From: Octopus bimaculoides | Lineage: Eukaryota | Assembly: GCF_001194135.2 (NCBI RefSeq) | Contig: NC_068998.1 | Coordinates: 19,237,296-19,301,295, forward strand | Reading direction: 5' to 3' | DNA: 64,000 nt | Shown here: positions 49,868 to 62,324 of the stretch, in pieces | Layout: each line of letters starts with the position of its first letter | Numbering within the stretch: position 1 is the stretch's first letter | Notes under the pieces: model-generated | The model's database searches: none | What the model was told of the DNA's origin: nothing | Seen by the model: the letters and a program-made list of their open reading frames with translations, nothing else | Program-made: the position numbers and the translations under genes

Positions 49868-50168
49868 CAGAGATTCCCAACGTGGGGCATAAGCCCCACC
49901 AGCAGGGTCTAGGAAAATTGAGGTGGGGTGTAGTGCCATGTAGTTGCCAAGTGCAAGGTTCTCATTAAAGTGATTCAGTTTTTTGTTAGTCAATAGTGTA
50001 CTTTTTTTGTACTCAGTACTTAATAAAAGAGTTACTGGTAGATTCTTTTGTATTAAATACTTGTGATAAAATATAAAAAAAGTTGTTTTTTCCCAAACAC
50101 CAGCGGGGGCATACATTTTTCTGGAAAGTTATAATGGGGTCTAGAGGAAAATATGTTGGGAAACATTG
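49868..50168. mobile_element. hAT MITE with perfect 8-bp TSD
   Basis: TSD ATCTAATG at 49860-49867 and 50169-50176. Imperfect TIRs cagagattcccaac / gttgggaaacattg. Confidence 0.85.
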
Positions 50169-52602
50169 ATCTAATGGAACTTTTTTTACAGGTTTGGATT
50201 AAAATTCCGGAACCATGTTAATCGACAAGGTGCACAGATTGGAATTTCCCGATCGAGCCACTGCTTCTCTGCACTGAAAGGTCACAGTTCCAGTACTATA
50301 GACATGTGATTAGAATATCACAGGAAAGAATCGCGAGATGGATTCTTCAAGCTGAGCTAACTCGCAGGAGACCTAAGGGTAGACCAAGAAGGAGATGGTT
50401 GAATAATATCCATAGTCTCAGTTGATCACACTCGAGAATCTAGCCAGAAATGATAGTTGCTTCTGATAGGACCCTATGGAGGACATGCCTGAAGATTCTA
50501 CTGCCATGACCCTCATAGAAATAGTGAACAGAGAAGATGAATGGATCGTCTAATATTGGTGCAATCTACCTGAAGTCCTTATTTCCTGATAAGGTAATTC
50601 AAACGAGCCAAAGAGAGAGCCTCTTTTCAATCATTCTCTACTTGATAAAAATAGCAGCCAGATCTCCCTACTATTAAAAAGAAAAAGAGCTAATTGAATA
50701 ATGCTGTCTAAAATGCAGTGTGGCTGATAGGTGAGCATGATTAAACCTGACCTGGGGTTAAACAAGTAATTTAAATGTTATGATATTTCTTATGCTTGTA
50801 TCTGTTGCACTGCACTGTCTGTACAGTAAAAAAAACTTTTACTTTCTTTTTTATATCAAGCAACAAAATTTATTTTCCAATTAGTTCAGCAATTGTAGAG
50901 ATTACAATTACCAACAGCTTAGTTTTTAGCTATTTAGTTCAACCTACAAACTGATTTCTTTTGATCAGGCACATGGTTAGTCTTTAGTGGAAAAGTTATA
51001 GTCAATTTACTCAAATAAAGTATATTATTGTTGGTTCACATTTTATTAAGTCTAGAGCGATAAAGAGGAAATTAACTCCAGCAATATCTGATCTTAGAAA
51101 GATGAAATACAGAAGTATAATGATATAAAGCATTCTGTCCAACTAACATACCACTAACCCAGTCAACTCAATTGTTCTCCAAGCCATAAAAGTCAACTTT
51201 TAAGTTAACCCTTTAGCATTTAAACCAGCCAATTCTGGCCCAAATATTCTACTTGTTTTATGTTTAAACTAGCCAGATCTGGCCTCTCACACAATGTCAG
51301 TCTCAAAATAAACAATCACACTATCAAAATCTTGAAACTGCGAGATAGTACATGATCAATTCAAAACACTCTAGATAAATATGTATTATATTTGACAGTG
51401 CAATCTGAATGCTGAAGAGTATTTTTTCCACAGAAGCTGCTATTTTCTTTAACTAAAATCATCGTTGTCATCATCATCATCATCACAATCATCACAACCA
51501 CTGCCACCACCATCACTACCATCATCATCATTACTTTTACATCTACTTTTCCCATACTGATTGACTGGGCAAGACTCATTGTGACAGTATTCAATGGCCA
51601 GATGCCCTTCCTGATACTAACTCTTGCTTTTCAAGTAAGGTATTTTATTCCATGATATCAAGCAAACTGCCAAATGAGTTGCCAAACTTTTTATCAGCCA
51701 TAAACATTATTGCAGCTAGCTCAATGATGTCAATGCTAAGATTCATATATAAGCACATAGAAACACATGCATATTACCAAAGGCCTCCATACAGTTGCCA
51801 TCAGCCCAAATTTCACAGATAAGAATGCTCAATGCAAGGCTATAATAGATGATACATGCACAAAATGTCACATTTTGCATGATATAATTGCTTACCTGAA
51901 AACAGGTATGGGTAGGCAACAGGAAGGGCATCCAGTTGTAAAATGCTGCCTCAAATCTCTCATCCATCCTATGCTAGCATGGAAAAACAGATGTGAAATA
52001 CTATTAAAAAGTAAATGTTCTGTGTTTGGGCTCACTGCACAGCACTATGGACAAGTGTCTTCTCGGCCAACCAATGCCTTATGAGTGAATTTGATAGAAA
52101 GAAACTGTGTGAAAGACCATCATGCATGTGTGTGGGTATGGGTGTGTGTGTGTGTGTGTGTGTGTCTCTCTTTTCATCTCTGTTTGAGTCTCCCATCCCA
52201 TTTCACAACTGATGCTGGTTTGTTTACATCCTTGTAAGATAGTGATTCAGCAAAAGAGACCAACAGAATAAGTACTAGGCTTAGAAACAAGTACTGGGGT
52301 CAATTTGCTCAACTATAAACCCTTCAATGAGGTACTCCAGCATGGCCTCAGTGACTGAAACTAAAGATATTGATAACTGGGATATATGTATACACAATAG
52401 CAAGTTGCCCAATAGAACTTATAGTGTGTTTTTTTTTCTTTTTTCCAGTTTCAGAAACTTATTTGACTGAAGCAATCAGCATTTTTGTTCTTGCTAGTAA
52501 ATTTTTTACATGGTACCAGGAACCACAAAAATTAAGATTTGTACTTTGTTAAGTGAACTATTTTGCTAATCAACAGGGGTTAATAAGAAATACATAACTC
52601 AC

Positions 52603-52655
52603 CTTTAGTGTAGTTCATAGCATCAAGTATGGTAACAGATTCCTTAGAAATAGAT
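52603..52655 (-). CDS. KTI12: KTI12-like micro-exon, (R)SISKESVTILDAMNYTK(G)
   Basis: Minus strand ttttatttag|A TCT ATT TCT AAG GAA TCT GTT ACC ATA CTT GAT GCT ATG AAC TAC ACT AAA G|gtgagt. 53 nt, phases 2/1; joins the 58026 exon in frame. Resembles KTI12 'RLSRHDVVILDSLNYIKG'. Confidence 0.82.
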
Positions 52656-52909
52656 CTAAATAAAAATATAAAAATAAGAGCAATTTTAGTTCAGGACAAT
52701 AAGAAAGGGTTACAGAAAAATGTTATCAGGTCATTAAGAATGAAATGTCTGATTTTCTTATGCACCAACTTTGACAGTTGTTAACTCTAATGTTTTATCC
52801 TGACAATTCTTTGTTTTACAACATTGAAAAGTTACATCATCACTTTTTGAAATGTAATTCATGGTGTCTGATTATATTGTGAGTTTTCTCTTGTAAATCA
52901 ATTTTTGTG

Positions 52910-53510
52910 AACCCATGGATAAATCAAAAATTCATGTTGTCTATGAATATGAGTTCTTTCATGGAACCAATACATGCCAGACAGCTCAAAACATCAATGA
53001 GGTGTTTGATGAAGATGTGGTGAATGAGTGCACTCTATATTGATGGTTCGAGAAGTTCCGGTCTGGTGACTTTACACCCTTGAAAATCAGCCCCGTGGTA
53101 GACCTGAGACTAAGGTGGATAATGATGAGCTGGAAACTCATCATTATCTCATATATATCTCAAACTAGGTATGAGTTAGCAGCAAGGGTTGATGTTTCCA
53201 TTCCAACTGTATTGGACCATCTAAAACAAATCGGCAAGGTAAAGAAGCTGGATAAGTGGGTACCACACAAACTGAATGAGCGCCAAATGACATGTCATCT
53301 TGAAACTTGCTGTTCTTTGCTGTCACAGCATAAAAGCAACCCATTCATCGCATTGTTGTGTGCGGTGAAAAGTGGATTCTTTTCAACAATAGCAAATGTT
53401 GTGCACAGTGGCTGGATAGAGACGAAATGCCAAAACACAATCCAAAAATGAATATTTGCCAAAAAATGCAAATGGTGGTCCAGCACTGGTATCAGCCGCC
53501 ACAGCTTCAT
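52910..53510 (+). mobile_element. Mariner transposase pseudogene (N-terminal half)
   Basis: KIHVVYEYEFFHGTNTCQTAQNINEVF...WFEKFRSGDF / LENQPRGRP...LDKWVPHKLNERQ...CGEKWILFNN. WVPHEL-like motif, first catalytic Asp changed to Gly, with stops and frameshifts. Ends at a (GA)n run. Confidence 0.88.
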
Positions 53511-53527
53511 GAAACCTTCAAATTTGC

Positions 53528-53601
<74 letters not shown>

Positions 53602-54379
53602 TGTGTGTGTCTCTCTCTCTCTATCTCCATCCCAATGCCTTAATCAGTTTTTGCTTTGACACTGGTAGGAGTGGTATTGTTTATGTCCCACATAAGCAAA
53701 AGAAATTCATGAGTTTCTCAGCAGTTCATGTGAAGTTGTGGAATAAAGTACAAGAATCCCACGTCTTATGGAAGTAGTGCATCCCTGAAAATGTTGCCAT
53801 AATGCGAAATCCAATATCAAGAAATTTTCTCCCAGATTTTCATGTTGTAAAGACTTTTTGCAGAAAGAAAAAAAACAAAAGCAATTCGGTTGCTTTTATG
53901 CTTGACAATAACAATTTTTAGACACGCACAATACAGTATGTATACACAAGGCATTTGAAGAGAAATGCATCGGGGAATAAATATGATTCGCAGTATTGTA
54001 ATAGAGCAAGCTCTAACCACAAAAGACATTGACTATCATGTAAGGGGGTGGTATGAGAGTTACTGGGAAGATGAGGAATTAGTCATTATCCGCATCTCTA
54101 AGTTAGTCATTAGTCATTATTGTCTTCTATAAGTGCCAACCCTTTAGTAATATTGTTTGCAGTCAAATTAAACAGAGTTGGTAGAATTTTCACATTTTCA
54201 TCTATTCTCAGCTTGCTCTTGTTCCCACAGTATTTGCTCATCATTAGATATTTTTTTTTTTTTATGACACGAGCAATACCACCACATCCTCCTCTATGAC
54301 TTTAATCCCAACATCATTTGCAATCATCGAAATAACCCTTCTGAATCCGATGCAGACTTTCTGCTATGAAACATATGGT

Positions 54380-54560
54380 AATTCCACCAACTCCACTTAA
54401 ATTGACTGCAAAACATATTGCAAAAGGGTTCACACTTATGAGGGAAGGTCTGCAATTTTTTGCTAACAACCCTAATCATGAATGTAACATAAAAATTACA
54501 AGGAGCTGGCAATGAGTTTAGTTCTTACTCTGAGCTGTACAAAAAGAAATGATGTGCCAC
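54380..54560 (+). mobile_element. Tigger/pogo-like transposase C-terminal remnant
   Basis: PLKLTAKHIAKGFTLMREGLQFFANNPNHECNIKITR then ELYKKK in a shifted frame. Resembles the Tigger1 C-terminus as recalled. Confidence 0.5.
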
Positions 54561-54779
54561 AAACATTAAACAATTTTGGATCAGTTCTGAGTCCCTCAAG
54601 TAGGTATTGACGATGATGAGCTCTAAAATAGAAGGTAGTGTCCTTCATTCTTGTAATACTCTTAATTCCACCACTACCACACCTCACACAGTAGTTAGCA
54701 TCTTATGTGGTAAGAACATACCATATTGCAGTATTATTATTCTCTTTTATTCCTTATTTCTTTACAAATGCTTTATGTA

Positions 54780-55000
54780 TACAAGGGGCAGCTGAAAAGT
54801 TCCTGGCTTGAAAGGTAGTACAAAAGGCTTGGTTGGAGCCCAACCTTCCAAGTTCTTTCACAGAGTTTAGAAAAACTGAAAGACTGCTGCAATAAATGTG
54901 TGAATCTCAGAGTGGAATATGTTGAATAAAATCACAATTAACTGATCCTCCTGTATTTTCTTTTACCAAAAGCCAGGAACTTTTCAGCACCCCACTCATA
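54780..55000. mobile_element. Mariner-derived MITE
   Basis: TIRs tacaaggggcagctgaaaagttcctggctt / aagccaggaacttttcagcaccccactcata, with an internal gaatatgttgaataa (EYVE*) transposase end. Confidence 0.8.
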
Positions 55001-55649
55001 CATATTGTATTGGGTAAATTTCAATGTTGCTGTTTTCAAACATAAAAAGTAGTCATGTTGCTTGTTTTTATGAGATATTTTTTTTTTAAAATCTATCAGA
55101 ACACATTATCACTTTGTAACATGAAAATGAAAAGAGGAAAATTAATTTCATAAGTTTTTCAGTAACACATTAGTTCTGTAAAGTGGGGTATTCCTGTATG
55201 ACCCCGATGCCTAGACTCACTGACCTAATGCCAACCTCCATCTTAACACATTCAATATATCAAATCAATCATGAAGTTTCTATGTGATCAATAGACCCTC
55301 TAGAAATAGTTACCAAATCTTCAAATCACACTCTTTACTATCTTAATAATGGAGCACATTGAATAATATAGAGTGAGGAAAATTGATTAATAATCACAAC
55401 TGTAAAATATTTAATCATAGGTCTACTTGCAATGTGCGTCTGTTTGATCTCTGAGCTGACCTCAGCTTAAACATGGGGCTACTAAATCAAGGCTAAACTG
55501 GGACTGCACAACAATTCACCCAATGTTTATATCTCATCTTCTCTTGCCATTGCAACAGTGTCTAATTTCAAATTTCTCCATTCCAGCTACACCAAATCAT
55601 TAAAATAAAAAAAAGCTTTTTCAATTCACTTTACCCAATTTTTGCTTCC

Positions 55650-56340
55650 CAGAATTATCTTTTACTTGCTTTAGTCATTGGACTGCAACCATGCTAGGGC
55701 ACTACCTCGAAGCAAATCAACCCCAGGAGTTTTTTGTTTTTTTTTTAAAGTCTGATACTTATTCTATCAGTCTCTTTTGCCGAACCATTAAGTAACAAGG
55801 ATGTAAACAAAACAACACTGAGTGTCAAATGGTGGTGGATAGGGGAACATACAAAAACACAAAGACATATACACATATATACACACATGTGCAACAGGCT
55901 TCCACTGAATTTCCATCAACCAAATTTACTCACAAGGCATTGGTTGTCCCAGAACTATAGTAGATAACACTTGCCCAAGGCATCATGCAGTGGAACTGAA
56001 CCCAAAACCATGTGGTTGCAAAGCAAGCTCCTTAACCACACAGCCGTCTTCTTGATTTCCCACACACTCCATTTAATATACAACTGTTCCAACTGAACAG
56101 TTGGAACAAAAGAGAATATAGTTACGGAAAGCAGAAGTGAGTAATGCAATTTTTCTTTTTTTCCCTGTTTGCTAGGTGCAGACATGGCTATGGTGTTAAG
56201 AAGCTTGCTTTCTAAGCATGTGGTCTTGGATTCAGTTCCAGTGTGCTGCACATTGGACAAATGTCTTCAACTATAGTCTTGGGCTGACCAAGGCCTTATA
56301 AGTGGAATTAGCAGAAGGAAACTGAAAGAAGCCCATCACA
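55650..56340. mobile_element. Head-to-head inverted pair of family-A SINEs
   Basis: Minus copy at about 55650-56045 and plus copy at about 56175-56340, roughly 130 nt apart. Confidence 0.75.
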
Positions 56341-58025
56341 TGTGTTTATATGTGTGCATATATATATAAAGAATAAAGGTCCTTCCCGAGTCATATAGAC
56401 TCAAAGAGCTGATTTCCTGGTCCCCATGGCATATATAGTCCATCACAGGATTATTCATTTTCGCCAGCTGAATGGACTGAAGCAACATGAAATGAAGTGT
56501 TTTGCTCAAGAACACAAAGTGTTACCTGGTCCAGGAATTGAAACCACAATCTTACAATCATGAGTCCAATGCCCTACCCACTAAACCACACCTCAACATA
56601 TAATATTACCTTGCTTTGAAGTAGGTAAGGGGTGGCAACAGGAAGGGCATCCAGTTGTAGAAAATCTAACTCAATAAAATTCCATTTTACCCATACAAGC
56701 AGGGAAAAGTGGACAGTTAAATGATGATGATGCTTAATCACAAGGAGGAAGGGTATCATCCGTAATTCTTATTTGGGCCTCAGAGACTCGCAAGCAAGAA
56801 TGAATGAATTCATAGACCAGAGACTTAATTCAAATGCTTGCAACAGAGTGAGCTCTACTAAGGATACTCAAGGACCAGGAGGTGGTGAACAACAAAGATG
56901 AAATGAGAAGAAATTGGTAAATCAAATGCATTCAGATAGAGCAATATATAGACTGAAGCTGGAAAATTCAGAGAAGTACATGTAATAATATCTGAGATAG
57001 AGTGAGAGCACTGTTTGGCTTGGAAGTGGGCCAAAGGTTACAGCATTGGTGAATGGAAGAGGCTTACCTACAAGATGGCCTGTTTGGATAGAGTCCAGAA
57101 TGTATGTGCATGATGAATGAACCATCCTAATATTTAGACACAGTACTCTAGCATGGAGTGTATTCTAGTTTTGCTTTTAAAACTAGCAGCTGTTCAAGGA
57201 TGAAGCATTTCTCTTATTGTTAGAGAAGCTCAGTTTCATGTGATGCAACCTTAGTTACATCAAAATTATTCAGTGTTCATCACAAAAGATTATCAACAAT
57301 TTTAGAGCTGGCAACATTTGTTAAGGCTATATATCATTCATTAATAATGATGATTCGGTGTTGTATGAATTGCTTGCATGTCAGTGCTTTTGAACAAGAC
57401 ACTGCCTCAACAAAAAGGTTCTATGATAAAAGAAAATGTAGCTATTTCTTTTACCTTTCACTTGTCTCAGTCATTGAACTGCGACCAGACTGGGACACCA
57501 CCCTGAAGGGTTTAATTGAACAAATTGACCGCAGGACTTATCTGTTTCAAGTTTGGTACATATTCTATCAGTCTCCTTTGCCAAACAGCAAAGTTATGGG
57601 AATGAAAACAAATAAATACCAGTTGTCAAGTGGTGGTGGTGGTGGAGGGAAAGATGAACACGTGCGCACACAACAGGCTTCCACACAGTTTCTGTCTACC
57701 AAATTCACTCAAAGTATTGGTTAATCTGAGGCTATAGCAGTGGGACTGAACTCAAAATCACATAGTAGCAAAGCAAGCTTCTTAACCACACAGCCATGTC
57801 TGCAACTAATTTTTAGATAATTTTATATAATTTTACATAATTTAAACCTATTACAATTTCATAAAGAAGTGTTTAAGATGTTTAATAAGCTCTTTATGTT
57901 TGCCCATATATTTTACAAGAGTAAACTATATGAGTGAGCAAGTGAGTGAAAAAAGAGTTCAAAATAGAAGCCCTGTAAATAAAATAAAGGCAACCAAAAA
58001 ATTAACTTGATAAAAGGAATACTAC

Positions 58026-58077
58026 CTTTGGACAGCAGATTTGAATAAACCTCTGGCTTCTCTTTCTTTCATGGAAT
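58026..58077 (-). CDS. KTI12: KTI12-like (Elongator-associated P-loop protein) micro-exon, (D)SMKEREARGLFKSAVQ(R)
   Basis: Minus strand ttattttatag|AT TCC ATG AAA GAA AGA GAA GCC AGA GGT TTA TTC AAA TCT GCT GTC CAA AG|gtagta. 52 nt, phases 1/2. Resembles human KTI12 'DSAREKALRGALRASVER' as recalled. Confidence 0.8.
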
Positions 58078-58120
58078 CTATAAAATAATATAAATAAATA
58101 TTAGCGAAAATATATAGTCT

Positions 58121-59475
58121 ATCATCATCATCATCGTTTAACGTCCGCTTTCCATGCTAGCATGGGTTGGACGATTTGACTGAGGACTGGTGAAACCGGA
58201 TGGCAACACCAGGCTCCAGTCTGATTTGGCAGAGTTTCTACAGCTGGATGCCCTTCCTAACGCCAACCACTCAGAGAGTGTAGTGGGTGCTTTTACGTGT
58301 CACCCGCACGAAAACGGCCACGCTCGAAATGGTGTCTTTTATGTGCCNNNNNNNNNNNNNNNNNNNNNNNNNNNNNNNNNNNNNNNNNNNNNNNNNNNNN
58401 NNNNNNNNNNNNNNNNNNNNNNNNNNNNNNNNNNNNNNNNNNNNNNNNNNNNNNNNNNNNNNNNNNNNNNNNNNNNNNNNNNNNNNNNNNNNNNNNNNNN
58501 NNNNNNNNNNNNNNNNNNNNNNNNNNNNNNNNNNNNNNNNNNNNNNNNNNNNNNNNNNNNNNNNNNNNNNNNNNNNNNNNNNNNNNNNNNNNNNNNNNNN
58601 NNNNNNNNNNNNNNNNNNNNNNNNNNNNNNNNNNNNNNNNNNNNNNNNNNNNNNNNNNNNNNNNNNNNNNNNNNNNNNNNNNNNNNNNNNNNNNNNNNNN
58701 NNNNNNNNNNNNNNNNNNNNNNNNNNNNNNNNNNNNNNNNNNNNNNNNNNNNNNNNNNNNNNNNNNNNNNNNNNNNNNNNNNNNNNNNNNNNNNNNNNNN
58801 NNNNNNNNNNNNNNNNNNNNNNNNNNNNNNNNNNNNNNNNNNNNNNNNNNNNNNNNNNNNNNNNNNNNNNNNNNNNNNNNNNNNNNNNNNNNNNNNNNNN
58901 NNNNNNNNNNNNNNNNNNNNNNNNNNNNNNNNNNNNNNNNNNNNNNNNNNNNNNNNNNNNNNNNNNNNNNNNNNNNNNNNNNNNNNNNNNNNNNNNNNNN
59001 NNNNNNNNNNNNNNNNNNNNNNNNNNNNNNNNNNNNNNNNNNNNNNNNNNNNNNNNNNNNNNNNNNNNNNNNNNNNNNNNNNNNNNNNNNNNNNNNNNNN
59101 NNNNNNNNNNNNNNNNNNNNNNNNNNNATAGAAGTTGTTTCCTGTTTGTTTACAGTCTTTATTGCACCTGAACATCTGCCACAAACAAAAACTAACTTCC
59201 TAGTTAACCTGCCTTTGATGTTGCTGCACCTCTTATGTGTCCATAGCTTGCACCGGGTACATCTTATAGGGTTACTACCTACTCCTTTTCTACATACTGA
59301 GCAGGGCCATCTACCTGAAGGGGTTTGTGTTTTATCTACCTTCCTACTTATTAGGATTTTGGTTTTAGCTAGGTTGACTCTAAGGCTCTTCAATTCTAGA
59401 CCTTGCTTCCACACCTGAAACTTCTCCTCTAGTTCTGATAGTGACTCCGCAATTAGGGCAAGGTCAATTATGTTT
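58121..59475 (-). mobile_element. Young, 5'-truncated RTE LINE spanning an N gap
   Basis: Open minus frame DLALIAESLSELEEKFQVWKQGLELKSLRVNLAKTKIL...GRWPCSVCRKGVGSNPIRCTRCKLWTHKRCSNIKGRLT..FVCGRCSG. 3' UTR and (GAT)n tail at 58121-58347. The 802-N gap is about the size of the missing segment. Confidence 0.88.
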
Positions 59476-60493
59476 ATAGAAGTGTGACATTCCATGGTAG
59501 GAAAACATCACACTGAATCATCATTGTTGTCGTCATTGTTTAACGTCCGCTTTCCATGTTGGCATGGGTTGGACGGTTTGACTAAGGACTGACAAGCCAG
59601 AAGGCTGTACCAGGCTCCAATCTGATGTGGCAAAGGTTTCTATAGCTGGATGCCCTTCCTAACACGAACCACTCCCAAAGTATAGTGGGTGCTTTTTACG
59701 TGCCACCGGCATGAGGGCCAGTCAGGCAGTACTAGCATTGACCATGCTTGAATGGTGCTTTTTATGTGCTACAGGCACGGAAGCCATGTCAGGATATATG
59801 AAAGCTAGAAAGAAATGAGATAAGCACACTCTAATAATGCATAATTCATTATTTTTTAATGCCCTCTTTTCCATGCTTACGTAGGTCAGACAGTATTAGT
59901 TGAGGCAGATTTTCAGCAGTCAGAATCCCTTCTTATCACCAACCCTCACCTGTTTCCAAGTAAAGTAATATTCCCCATGAACAGACATATTTTCACAGAA
60001 GACTGGAAACAAAGGATGTGATGGTGACATTTATTTACAACTATCACATGAAGTCAAGGAAAGGAGACAGTAATACACACACACACATACACGTATACAT
60101 ATAACAGGTTCCTTTCAGTGTCCGTCGACTAAATCCACTCGCAAGATTTTGGTCGGCCTAGGGCTATAGCAGAAGACCCTAAGGTACTATGGAGTGGGAC
60201 TGAATGCAAGGCCATGTGATTGGGAAACAAATTTCTTACCACAATTACACCTGCACCTAAATGTGTGCATAAAGAAAATGGTGCACACATGAAATGAGAA
60301 AGAAGCTGAGTATAAGAGGAATCAGTTGTATTGTGCAAGAGAGGAGACTGCATTGGCACAGATGTGATATCTATGAAAGTAGAGTTTTTATAAAGAAGAA
60401 CCAAGAAATCCATGTGAAAGGAACCTGAAGAAAACATGGAAAGCAGTAAAAGGTTTTAACCTCAAAAGGCTTAAACCTCACGAAAGAGATGAC

Positions 60494-60878
60494 TGTGTAG
60501 TGACGTCATTTGGCGCCAAGGTACAGTCGCCATTGCTGCGTTTTTATCCACGCATGTGTGGAGTTCAACATCTAAGCGTTCCCGCTTTTTTCATTCTCTT
60601 TTCTCGCCAGCCTGCAAAGAGGTAACACAGGTCCTACAGAGCTCTCTCACATGAGCGTGGTCGTGTCAGGCTGTCTCTCCGACAATTCAACTCTGGGGAC
60701 AGCTCACAGCGGCATTCCGGCGTCTCAGCAACCAATTCAAGGCTGCCTATTTCATCCATAAAATAAATATTGTTGTGTTGATAGTTCAGAGTTCTGCGTT
60801 TCGTTGTTATTCCGAATTTAATATAGGAAAGCAGGTGTACACCTAATGGTGTATAACCACTTTCCTAAAACTGTAACA
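60494..60878. other. CpG-rich island; promoter-like or LTR-like
   Basis: Dense CpGs in an otherwise CpG-poor window. Contains TGACGTCA (60501-60508), starts TGT and ends ACA, with AATAAA at about 60761 followed by a GT-rich tract. No TSD found. Confidence 0.45.
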
Positions 60879-62258
60879 AGTGGTGAGATTATCAGCATCA
60901 TGAGTAAATATATAATAAAAGTACCTACTCTTGTATTTTACTGATTTAGAAAATTTTTTACGTTTTAACCAAACAAATTACTAATAACTGAAGTTATTTA
61001 AGGAAGATTAATTTTTCTGTAATTATGTCCACTGTTTGCCTATTAGAAATTTTAAACTACTTGCAGCAAGCCACGTGACTGACTGTTGAAAACCAATCAA
61101 TTCACTTCCAGTGGCATGACTTGTAGAAAATTCCATGTTATAAACTAAATTTTATTCTACATCAAGTTTAAATGTTTTGAGTACATAATTATATTTAAAA
61201 CACATGTTTTTATATAGAAAATTATTTAGTTAAGCTTTCCCTAACACACTACATGTAACATTCCACCACACATTGAGCAGTCCCACAAGCCAAATTTCCC
61301 TCAAACCACATCCTATGTCTAAAAATAGGATGCATGCATAGAATACTGTAGTCCTAAATACCTATGTCTGAATGAACCTGGGAACATCATCTAAAGTCTA
61401 AATGAAGAATGAGCCAAGGTTAACTTCTAACTGGTTACTCAACCCACTGGAAATAACACCCAGATTTTCTAATCACAACCCATTATCTTAAAAGGAAAGA
61501 TACACCTAGATGCACACTGCCTAATAATAAGACAGAATAGTACAGCCTGAAGTCCTTTCATCATAGATCTCTTCAATCATTGCTGGTCAGATGATCAGAG
61601 AGCTAACAGTTGTTATTTTCATTATCATCATCATCCTCCATTAACAACTTTTACACATTGAGCACTACCACAAACATTCCAACATTTTAGTGCCTTGACT
61701 TTTTCCATATCATATTTCTGATTAAACACACTGCTTCTGTTTCAATTAATTTTGAAGAATTTAGTAAAAGAACTATAATTATTAAGCTGGTGTTTGGAAG
61801 ATCCATAAATTAGCATGAAATCTTAATGGAAGACTTTAATTTAGATTAATTTAGAACAAGAAGTTTGTATTACAGATATAGGGTGGTCTCGGGCAGGTTG
61901 ATATCAAAAGGAAGATGGTTTAAGCTGTCAAGAATTGCCTAAGACACCCAGAGCTGCTCATTAGCTAAGCCATCACCTGAGAACCAACACATAAGAGAAT
62001 CAATGGTGTGCAAAACCATAGTCAATATCTTGATGGAGGACATCAACAGTAGTAATACTGCTGGCCTTGAACTGAAACCAGAAGCAATTATTATAAATAT
62101 AATAATTATTATTATTGGAGAGGCAGCAAGCTAGCAGAATTGTTAGTGAAGGGACAGTAGCTAGTTCTGAGGTCACCTAGAGGTTATCATCAAGGCCACA
62201 GGCAGGTTCATCAAGTGAGATCAACAGAACATGTCATGAAGACAAACTGACCCCAAAA

Positions 62259-62324
<66 letters not shown>

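Noticed and set aside
60707-60715. Minus-strand ATG CCG CT|gtgagc as a possible KTI12 start (MPL)
   Set aside because: No P-loop exon could be found between this site and 58077, so it cannot be linked to the gene.
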